A DNA stretch of 64,000 bases from Mayamaea pseudoterrestris (taxonomy: Eukaryota), in NCBI GenBank assembly GCA_027923505.1, contig BROI01000007.1:744001-808000 (forward strand), read 5' to 3'. Under the pieces are notes generated by a model. The model was given only the letters and a program-made list of their open reading frames with translations, made no database searches and was not told the origin of the DNA. How positions within the stretch are numbered: position 1 is the first letter of the stretch; the number at the start of each line of letters is the position of its first letter. Positions 50,749 through 60,375 of the stretch are shown here, one piece after another. Position numbers and translations under genes: made by a program.

Positions 50749-51942
50749 ATGGTTTCTTGCGAGGCTGTATCTGGTCGACGGCGACTTCTGATTTTGATTG
50801 CTCTTGGATTCCATCTCTTCGTCCTATTGCTCTTTCAAAGTCAAGTGATGACAGTCGACCGCGCCGCCTTGAGACTCGTCGGCAGAAATGACACCAACAA
50901 CACCAACTCGCCGGAACTTTATGTCTACGTGTCAGGATGGATGGAAGGAATGTCGAGCTGGATGATCAGTCTTTCCGAAATGGTCGTCTTGTCCAAGGAA
51001 TTGAATGCTACCTTTGTCGAGCCGTGCATACGCAAAGGACGCCTATGCAGCTGCAAAAGCAAAGGAAATACTTTAACGAGACTCTCGCATGTTCTGGACA
51101 TGGACAAGCTGAAGAAATACCATTCCTCAATTATTACTTACGACGAGTTTGTGGAGCGCACTGAACCCTACGCTGGTAACGCCAAGGCAATCTGCATGCA
51201 CCACTTTTCTCCGAAGCCAGTCTGCGTAGGCGCACCTCTAATGTATGGCAGAAAACGCATTCCGCAAGTGGACGACGCCATTTGGTCGTCGCAGCTTGCG
51301 CCGACGATTTTGGAAATACGACGGTACGGAAGATATGCGTTCCAAAAGTCGGAATGGGTTTCTGATGCAGAAGCTGCTCGTGTCAAGCAGCAGTACCTTC
51401 GCCTGGCGCCGCAGCACTTTCAGCATGTTGATGGCTTGCTGAAAAGCATGGGTATTGCTAGTCACGAACCATACTCTGTGATACACTGGCGAGCCGAGAT
51501 ACCAGGAATTGACTATATGAACTGCGCCAAGCGGATCATTGAAGTGCGAGAGACGATGAAGCTGAACCACAGCGTCATTCTCATGTCCAGCCTCAACACG
51601 CGTGAAGAATACTCTTGGGACGGTGCCAGGAATATGGCAAAAAACACGTCAGCTAGCAGTGCGCTGCGTTCACTCCTTGACGCTGGCTTTCTCAAGCTTG
51701 ACCAAGTCGTTGACTACGACAGCTTGGCTGATTCCGTCATGTTTCCTGTCTACGATCTCATTTTGGCAATGAAGGCACGTGAATTTGTAACGTGCACCAA
51801 GGGATGCGAAGACGACAGCATTTGCGCCGTCTGCAACTGGCGAGGACAGTTTGCGGGACTGGCTGTATCGTTACGGCAAGAAGTGGAAAAGCGAAAGAGC
51901 GTCCATTGTTGGCCGGGTGGAAATCACAGTGATACTTTATAG
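50749..51942 (+). CDS. Putative O-fucosyltransferase-like (GT-B) type II membrane protein
   Basis: N-terminal TM; EGMSSW...ELNATFVEP, YSVIHWRAE and YDLILAMKAREFV resemble O-FucT family motifs. Confidence 0.6.
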   Translation: MVSCEAVSGRRRLLILIALGFHLFVLLLFQSQVMTVDRAALRLVGRNDTNNTNSPELYVYVSGWMEGMSSWMISLSEMVVLSKELNATFVEPCIRKGRLCSCKSKGNTLTRLSHVLDMDKLKKYHSSIITYDEFVERTEPYAGNAKAICMHHFSPKPVCVGAPLMYGRKRIPQVDDAIWSSQLAPTILEIRRYGRYAFQKSEWVSDAEAARVKQQYLRLAPQHFQHVDGLLKSMGIASHEPYSVIHWRAEIPGIDYMNCAKRIIEVRETMKLNHSVILMSSLNTREEYSWDGARNMAKNTSASSALRSLLDAGFLKLDQVVDYDSLADSVMFPVYDLILAMKAREFVTCTKGCEDDSICAVCNWRGQFAGLAVSLRQEVEKRKSVHCWPGGNHSDTL

Positions 51943-52895
51943 GCTCACGCTTGGTCGTATAAGTGATTTCCTGGGGTACGTGTTTATTGCTTGCGAGCTT
52001 GCCGTGACACTAACACCGAAAGAATGATGAGCATTTCAAGAAAATATACACAATGATAGGTCGTTCTTATGAGCGAGAGATTTGAATCTGACTCGGCAAT
52101 TGGTCAACAAATGAGGCACCAATAATCGCTTTATCGTGCTCATCATGTTTCGGTCTTTCAGCCCCTCAGGTATGACACATGTTTTTGGAAGTTGACAATG
52201 ACGTAAAACAAAAGATGAAAAGAATGGCTTATTGGCATGTCACCGATGACGTTGTTTCAGTCCCCCCTTCTCGTCACTTTGGGATTGTTGCAGACGCAAC
52301 GCGGGCCATGAATGAGGCTTTACCAGCACTTAACCTGCACTTTCGTTTCGTGATGCGCTCGATGGCTAGACATCTTGGCAAAAGTATGCTTAAATCGCGC
52401 TTTAATAATCTTAACTTGTAAGAGGAAATTGTAAAAGAGACCAGCTAGTTTGGTACAGTATACAAGTATGGTAGCAAAGATTTCGAATACAACAAGACGT
52501 CATAAAGCAGCCGGACCAATGCTACGCCAATGGATATTTAGGCTTTCCTACCGGTAGGCGCAACCAGATTGGAACACATGCGGTTGGGAGGCTACATCCA
52601 GGCATATTTTCTACTACTGTACATTTCAAAACGCAACAACCGGTAGCTTGGGCGACGAGCTGGGAGGGGTCGCTCAAAGCGGATGTCGCAGTGAGTGCTA
52701 GTACGACTTGTGACTCATTTCTGGCGACTGACGTATGTTCCGATCTTTCGAATCGATTCATAGCGCGATCATCTGCGCATCTGCGCCATCACTTTCGTCC
52801 TTTTCGAACACTTTTGCCGCAATTCGAGTGCTATTACACTCACAATCTTAATAAGTGAAATTCGGTTTGTTGTAAAGTCTGTGGAAATCTCCATC

Positions 52896-53915
52896 ATGCG
52901 TTTTCAAGCCCTCCATATCCTCGCACTTGTCACGTCGGCATCGGCATTCACCGTACAACAGCCGACAATCCTTCCCTCCACGGCGACAAGGGCTGGATCC
53001 ACAATCAACATGTCGCAATTCTCTAATGACAGAGGTGATGAGATGAGCGAGTCGATTTCGACAAGCAATAGCAACTGGGGCAAGGCTTCATCGATTGCCA
53101 GCGCACTCTCTACATCCGCCTTGCTATGGTCGGCATCTGCCCAAAACGCCTTGGCCGATTCACCCGATTGGGGTCTTTTCGAAGGTCGGACCGGAAGTCT
53201 TTTGCATCCCATCATGATGTTTCTCATGCTTGGCTACAGCATTTGGACTGCACTTTTGGGCTTTAACTGGAGGCGACAGCGCACCATGGGCGATGAGATT
53301 TCCGCCTTGAAAAAGACACTGCCAGACTTGCAAGGCGCCAAGACTGTTACGGAAGCACTGTCAGCTGCCAAGAGCGCCGAATCCGTTGATACTGCTCGGG
53401 TCAATACCTTGCAAACGGCGCTGGACGTGGAACGTGAGGTCGAGGCGCTCCAAAAGGAACGCAAAGCACTTGCGGCGGCGAACCCGCGCGACCAGCACTT
53501 TGCACAGGGAGCACTCTTGGCATTTCTCGGAACTGCCTTTGCGATTGAGGTGAGTGGATTGAGATCTTGCTGTGCGAAGTGAAAGCGAGCAGCCATTTTC
53601 GAGTCATGCGATACAAATTCGAGTATTTCCTTGTATCTAACTTTTACATACATGATCCTTCGTTTCCAGGGCCCCCTCAACACCTACGCACGCGCTGGAA
53701 AGCTTTTTCCGGGACCCCATCTTTATGCGGGCGCTGGTCTCGTTGTTCTTTGGGCCTTGGCCGCCGCCTGCGTCCCTGCCATGCAAAAGGGCAGCGACAC
53801 TGCTCGGAGCGTTCACATTGGAGCAAACGTGGCTGGCATTGGCCTCTTTGCCTGGCAAGTCACCACGGGCCTTCCCATTCTATTCAAGGTGATTGAATTT
53901 ACGAAGTGGCCGTAA
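52896..53915 (+). CDS. Plastid-targeted DUF4079-like membrane protein; exons 52896-53549, 53670-53915
   Basis: ASA-F bipartite leader; LLHP, RDQHF, GKLFPGPHLYAG and ARSVHIGAN motifs; phase-0 GT-AG intron 53550-53669. Confidence 0.85.
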
Positions 53916-54156
53916 GGCGTTACGAATGAGTTAGTGATGGAAATGAAGAGTTTTATCATTCTCGCCGACACAACAACAATTAGATTCACATGCAGCTACG
54001 CGCCGAATAAAACGTAAAGATGCATGTATATTGAATTATCACTCGTACATTAATAAATCTAGTTTCATGTACAGGTAATGGCGTCACACGCGCGTTTAAT
54101 GAGGTGAGAGATGGCTTCGTCATCGCGTTGATGTTGTACAAGCCACCTTCCACTCG

Positions 54157-54585
54157 TTAAAACAACATTAGTTTTGGCTCATCATCTCCATCTTCGTTCA
54201 TGAGCGGAATCAATATTTGACTATCAATGTTCCCCGCTTCCTTGGCGGATATTTCCCAGTCGTCATCCTCCTTTGGTTGCACCTTTTGCTTGACCGTGAC
54301 CCAGTCCTCGTCGGTAGCCTCGTCGTTCTTGGATGCAGCCTTGGCGGCAGCTCTGGCTCTCGCAGCCGCCAAGTAGTCGGCTTCGGAAGTTGGATACTTT
54401 GATCGGAGGCCGGCCATTTGTTGAGCGACGGTGGCTGTGTCGAGAATGAGTTCGTTGGGTGCTGCTGCGTCGATTTCCTCGGACGATTCAAAGAGTGTCA
54501 TGCTCGGACGAAGCTGCTGCTGCAAGGTTTGAATGGCAAAGGATGTTGCGAGCGATGGAAGCAATACTATCGTTAATAACTTCAT
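54157..54585 (-). CDS. Hypothetical plastid-targeted protein
   Basis: Signal peptide MKLLTIVLLPSLATS-F plus transit-like peptide; acidic mature region. Confidence 0.7.
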   Translation of the reverse strand: MKLLTIVLLPSLATSFAIQTLQQQLRPSMTLFESSEEIDAAAPNELILDTATVAQQMAGLRSKYPTSEADYLAAARARAAAKAASKNDEATDEDWVTVKQKVQPKEDDDWEISAKEAGNIDSQILIPLMNEDGDDEPKLMLF

Positions 54586-54978
54586 TGTACGTTTGATCAA
54601 GTGGACTCAATGCAAGCAGCTGGAGGCTCGTTCTGTGCCATGCATTGATCATCTCATCATCGTCGTCCATCACAATCTGGAGGGCGTGACAGGTTAAGCA
54701 TCGGTACCGTTACGACGTGCTGATCTTGAAAAGTCCCAGGGCATATCCTAATGCAAGCATGTTTGTTATGCCAGTCGGTCTTACTTGAGTTGCTTGAGAG
54801 TCATACAGGCCCAATCACTTATTATTGCCCCTTCAATGGCGACTCCCAGAGAAAAGTCGGAGCAACGCATGCTCTCAGTCAACCAACATTCTATTCACGC
54901 CAAATTGGCTGGCAGTAAAGTCTCGGCGACCGGTGAAATATTGTTCAATGAATGAATGGATACAAAAGACTTTATATT

Positions 54979-55779
54979 ATGCCGCAGACAAGACGACGAA
55001 GCAGAAATACAACGAGTGATAGCTCCACCAAGCAGCAAGTGGTTGTGGTTGCAGACGATGAGGAGGAGGACGAGACTGATAAATCATCGCAGCACCAGCA
55101 GCACTTCAACAATGTTTTGAATCGACAACCGGCCCATGTTGCAGCAGCGGCGGCATCTCAATCAACCACTAATTCGGTATTTCCAGTCACATCAACGAGC
55201 GACGCCTTGTTTGTGCCGCCATTCTTGGGACGCTACGTGACGCCGACCGACGACTGGTCACACCTCAAAAGCAGGAGCCACCGGTCAGCCATGAATCCAT
55301 CAGCGACGCCATCGTCATCTGCATCATCGACCACAACCACTGCGAAACCACTGCAACGGAAACATGCTAGTCATCCGCGAGAGCCACTACCAAACGACGT
55401 TGTCTGCGGGAGAGGCAAAGGCAGCTACAACTGCCCGGGCAATCGCAAGTTTCGCGCCGTCGTCAAAAAGTACATGCATCAATACGTGACGGCCAAGACC
55501 AAGGTGGACAAGAGCACTGTTTTACAGGCCGTCTTGAATTCATTCGTATCCGCCACCAATGGCCGCTTCGTCAAGTACGACAAGTCGCTGCAAACGTATG
55601 TGGAAATTCCTTTGCATGAGGCTCGCGAAAAGGTGGGACACGCCATGCGGGAGGCGCTGGCGGCCGAGGAATTGGTGGAGGGCAAGCAGGAGGCCCAGCA
55701 TGCCTTTCAGGTCAAGCACAAGAGCTTGCTCGAGCAGCAGAGGGAGATTTTTGAAAAAATGGTCAAGGAAAGTGCGTAA
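54979..55779 (+). CDS. DUF6824-type domain protein (diatom-expanded family)
   Basis: PNDVVCGRGKGSYNCPGNRKFR...GRFVK...AREKVGHAMRE. Confidence 0.82.
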   Translation: MPQTRRRSRNTTSDSSTKQQVVVVADDEEEDETDKSSQHQQHFNNVLNRQPAHVAAAAASQSTTNSVFPVTSTSDALFVPPFLGRYVTPTDDWSHLKSRSHRSAMNPSATPSSSASSTTTTAKPLQRKHASHPREPLPNDVVCGRGKGSYNCPGNRKFRAVVKKYMHQYVTAKTKVDKSTVLQAVLNSFVSATNGRFVKYDKSLQTYVEIPLHEAREKVGHAMREALAAEELVEGKQEAQHAFQVKHKSLLEQQREIFEKMVKESA

Positions 55780-56077
55780 AGCTTAAAGCTTGCATACTTT
55801 GGCAAGTAGTCTTTCACTCGAGTTGCATTTTCACAGGTCGCACATGATGCGATAGTCGATTCAAGCTTTTTGTAATCAAGCTAATATTTATTGAGCGATG
55901 CAGCTGTACGACGTAACGTTGCCAAAATTGGAAACTACAGCCAGCTTGTAGATTCTTACTCTGCACTTCGGCTGACCTGTCGACCTGCGACATAATGGTA
56001 GCAATGATGATTTTAGAAAATTCATATTAACAGATAAGAGCCTTAAGTAGTATACCTATATTGTTCTGGTAGGATTT

Positions 56078-56806
56078 TTAATCAAGGTCATCCATTGTCG
56101 CTCTATCTAAACCATCAGGTGCCGTTTCGACCTGGTCGGTGTCAGTCGTTGCGTCGGCAGCTTCTTCATCGCCCGCGAAATGCGTCGTCTCAGTCTCTGC
56201 CTTGGGTGCAACTGCGACAGCTGTAGATTGATCCTGATGGCCCTGCGAAGTATTGTCTCCTGCATTCGAGTCTCCCTCATGGTCCTTCTTCGTTCGCTCG
56301 GTTATTATACTCACGCTATCAGGGTTCGCACTGTAAATGAAACAGGAGCAGCAACCCAGCACAATGCCAGTTATCAAAAAGACAGGAAATATAATCCAGA
56401 GAGCATCGTAACCACTTTCTCCCTCTGATGAATCTTGCAGCTTGCCAACAATGCAGCAAACGATAATTAGCTGAAGAATGGAACTGCAACACGTCCGAAC
56501 CGTCTTGACTTGTTGATCCATTGCACTTTGTTCAGCCTGTGCGTGGGCTGCCTGCCAAGCATGGTAAGCAGCTTCGAAATCAATATCTGGTTCATTAGAA
56601 GAGGCGCCAGGTGTGTCGGGATTATCTTCGGCGACGGGAGCTGGATCAGGTCTTGACTCTCCCTCACCACCAATATCGGGCTTGCTGCTGTCGCCCGATT
56701 CTAAAACTTTCGCAACCACAGGTGTGTCATCAATCGATGATGATTCTTTTAAATCGTTTGATACACCGCTGTCAACCGGATCAATTGAACTTGGCACGAC
56801 ATTCCG
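56078..56806 (-). pseudogene. 3' fragment of a membrane-protein gene (TMEM185/Fragile-X-F-like), 5' end missing
   Basis: QLIIVCCIVGKLQ...YDALWIIFPVFLITG...CCSCFIY; the frame begins right after a TGA inside the E2 gene with no ATG at its start. Confidence 0.5.
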
Positions 56807-57292
56807 TCATGATCGCTAAGCAAAGCTAGTATTGCTCGACATGCCGCCTGCAGGCCCCATGCTGGCGACCATTCCTTTTTGAGTATATCCAGACAAATCT
56901 CACCAGTCCGAAAGTGAACGTTAGGATGAAAAATCTGTTTGCAATGAGTAAGATGAATGTACGGTGAACGACAGAGGAATGAGTAGACGGTGTCTCGAGC
57001 AAACAAAACCAATCGGGCCTCGACACACGTTGCAATACGCTACGGACCTACGTACCTTTGTGCAAAACACAATAGACGGCGGCGCCAGTGGGTAGTCACT
57101 TCCGCATCGAATAACCAATTCAAAGACACCTCCCTCGTAAGGAGTATCTTCTGGTCCCTTGATCCAAGCCTTCCATAATAAAAGATTGTCCGTCGAAGCG
57201 ATGCGAAGGAAAACGTGAGAATCTGCTTCCTGCTTCTGCAATACTTGGAGTTCTTTGCGCAGGCGTTTTGCGGCGGCGGTTGATTGAGACAT
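56749..57292 (-). CDS. Ubiquitin-conjugating enzyme E2 (PEX4-like), C-terminally truncated; exons 57292-57056, 56934-56749
   Basis: KRLRKEL, GPEDTPYEGGVF, YPLAPP; GT-AG intron 57055-56935; IFHPNVHFRTGEICLDILKKEWSPAW; the expected SPLN and last helices are absent. Confidence 0.85.
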
Positions 57293-58358
57293 GATTTGAA
57301 ATAAATCAAAGATTGTCTGACAGTAGTAGGGTGCTTGTACACTGCTGCGGTAGGTGATATTACTTCCCAGCAGGCTGCTGGTCGTCCAATGTGTTTGTTC
57401 TTGGCCGCGACAGGACGTCTCGACGACGTGATCCAAGAAGAATGTCGCACCGCAACTTTGGAATTGGCGCGACGGCGCGCCACGACATCATGCCGAATCG
57501 CGATCACCACGTCGGCCATCAGACGAAACTTCCTCGTTTACCGGTAGCATAAGCTTTCATTGACTGCGGAAACCTTTATATGATAGTGAGATGTTCATAT
57601 TTTCTGTGAATCAAAGGCAAAGCTGTGAATGCAGCGAAGGAACAAACCGAATCCATTCCTCACTCCTCACTGCACCCTTGTCGTTTCACCCTTTTTTCGA
57701 CCAGCGATTGGCCATCAGCATTTGCTTTGAAGGACTCAAGGAGACAATGTAGCATGTCCATACAATCATGAGCTTTGTGGATATCGAGAGGAACGTTTCG
57801 AGCGAGGCGGACTCATTCATCGGATCGTGTCACGACTGACTCGCCCAACGTACACGACTTTTATGTATTCTATTATCTCAAGCAGTCACTCTTCAACTTG
57901 ATTTCGGGAATCCAAAGCATTAGCGATTGCAGTAACATGTCCAGGAGCAGTTGAGCGCAAGAAACGGCGAACACACACGAGCTCAGTCATCGGCATCGTC
58001 ATCATCAACATCATGCTCTTTCTCCTCTTGCTTCGATGCGGCAGCAAACACAAGTCTCGATCAGACCAAAACACGAGCAAGGTGGCTTCTCTCCCGTCCA
58101 GTCTGAGCCCATCGTATCGATCGATACTGCTTGTCATGATGAGAATGGAAGCCGAAAGAGTTGTGGAGCAAATTAAAACGTGCATGGCCATCTTGAAGGA
58201 ACTCAGGTCTGGAGAGGTACAGAAAAGAGGTTGCAACGCAATGCACTCCGTTTTTTATAATCGCACTCACATTGACTCATGGCAATCTTTATTTCAATCG
58301 TCGTTCTACATAGGTCTACGCATCCGAGACGACCTCACTCTATCCCTTGGGTGATGCT

Positions 58359-59105
58359 ATGGTCTTTGAAGAATCGGCATACACGAACGCACTTGATGCC
58401 ATTCAACAGCGCGACAATGACATGGCCGGACAGTGGCTGGAAATGGCTAAATTGGCGCAGCAATATGCCAAGGCGCTTACCAAGTATTTAAAGCAAGAGC
58501 CAGCATTCTTTAAGGTGGTTGGTGAAAGGAAGAAGGACATGGCCTTGGACGTGGTCGAGCACGACACCAACCACATGGCCGAGCCCGGCTTGGAGGAATG
58601 GAGCCACGCGGCAGCTTTGGACTTTGACATTCATGATGGTAGCTCATCATTGTCAGCCGACGAGCCAGTGAAAAAGCAATTGTGGCGCATGGATCCAATT
58701 GTCACAAAGAATTTTTCGCAAAAGAATGTCAAGGATGACGACAGTGTCGCTGTCGAGGAGGAGGATGAGAGCCGAGAGGAATTGTACGAGTTGGTGATTG
58801 TGGACTTGGCCTCCAAGGTAGGAATTGATCGCGACCCCGTGACTGTCGATGTGACGGCTGCGTTTGACGACGAATGGATTTTGCCAACGACATGGAAATC
58901 AGCGAGTGCGGTGGCGTCGGATGATGCCGCTTGTCGCGCGTTCTATCAAATGGACGCTGCGTTAGAGGATCAATTTACCGCTCGGCAAGCTATGCGCCTT
59001 TTCGAGTCGTCGGACAGTTGCAAGGGATCGACGGATGCCTTGGTTGGTCATTTTCAGTGTCCGCGCAAGCTTCCGCAGACTGGGCCGCCGGTTGCGCAAC
59101 AATAG
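58359..59105 (+). CDS. Hypothetical acidic protein
   Basis: About 248-aa ATG-initiated ORF; no domain recognised. Confidence 0.55.
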   Translation: MVFEESAYTNALDAIQQRDNDMAGQWLEMAKLAQQYAKALTKYLKQEPAFFKVVGERKKDMALDVVEHDTNHMAEPGLEEWSHAAALDFDIHDGSSSLSADEPVKKQLWRMDPIVTKNFSQKNVKDDDSVAVEEEDESREELYELVIVDLASKVGIDRDPVTVDVTAAFDDEWILPTTWKSASAVASDDAACRAFYQMDAALEDQFTARQAMRLFESSDSCKGSTDALVGHFQCPRKLPQTGPPVAQQ

Positions 59106-60375
59106 CATGTACGGGCACAATTGTGTTTATTCGACTGCTTGCAGCGTCAATGAACAAGGTTATGCAGACGTACTACAGCGATATAGCTTCTACGTCGTCA
59201 TATACAGATTAGTAGTACCTTGCTTATCGGTTAGTGGCGTGAATCCCATTACAAACCAATTCACGTACTGGTCCCGGAGATGAATGTCCGTTATTGCCCA
59301 GATGATGCATGCAGCTTGCTTTCAAGTCTGCTAGAGTGGGCCAGTTTGCACCACTGGCCCGTCCATTGACGCATTCGTGTTGCGTCAAACACCGAATCGT
59401 GCTTCATATCGTATGTACCTCTCCATGTCGGAAATGCTATGCTTGCCTGGTTCCAAGTCAAATGTACCGGTATCAACATGCGATATGTATTGGCTGTATT
59501 CCAACACTGCCGCCAAGGCGCCAAGGTGCATTCTTTCGTCAACGAGAGAAAAAAGAGGTTTGACATGAAGAGGCAGAAGAGGCAGAAGATTGGATGGATA
59601 CATCTGTATTCAGTCATGTCAGTAGTCCGCGAAACATGCCGGAGTATGCCATCTGCCATCTGCCTGAAAGGTGTTCTGCGCCCCAAAGATCCAGAATGCT
59701 TTTGTACACAGTGCGAGGTGCGTGAGGCGTGAGCGAGTGCGGAGTGCGCCGCTTACGTGACGCTTATGTTTGATGTATAGTCTCAGTGGTTGAAGCGACG
59801 TCTTGAACGAATTCAGCTTTTTGGTAAGGTGACAGTCAAGCTACAGGTCAGTCGTTGTGCAGCACCGAAATGGAACAATTTGGAAGGATGCTGCGAGATG
59901 CGAGACAGACGGTTGCTCTGTCAAGAGCCTCGGCACCGGCACAATCTCTGTCCTCTATGGCTCGTAAAGATTAAAACATTTGAGCAGTTATCTATTGTCG
60001 GAGACTACGCTCACTTTCCAATATACCGATGAATAAAGCATCAAGCATGGTCTGGTCAACCGCACGACAACGACGCCATCACCAACTTGTTGAAGTTCCG
60101 TCGGAGCGTGGAGTACATCATACTTCATTGATATTTATGCTTTGTCAATGCGATTCGTTCGTTTCTTTTATTATAGCCTTACGACTTAGTATTCATTGTT
60201 TTGTGTTTTCAACTATTGCCTGTGACTGAGCTTTCACGCGTGTACACTTTGTTTTCCATCTCATCGCAACGTGATTGTTCCGTCACAGACAGCACGCAAG
60301 ATCGTTGACGCCAACAATCGCGTCAATCATTCTCTGAATAAAAAACTGCCCTTGACATCTCATTACACGACCATA

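Noticed and set aside
52000..52800. Short ORFs between the O-FucT-like and DUF4079-like genes
   Set aside because: No identifiable homology by eye.
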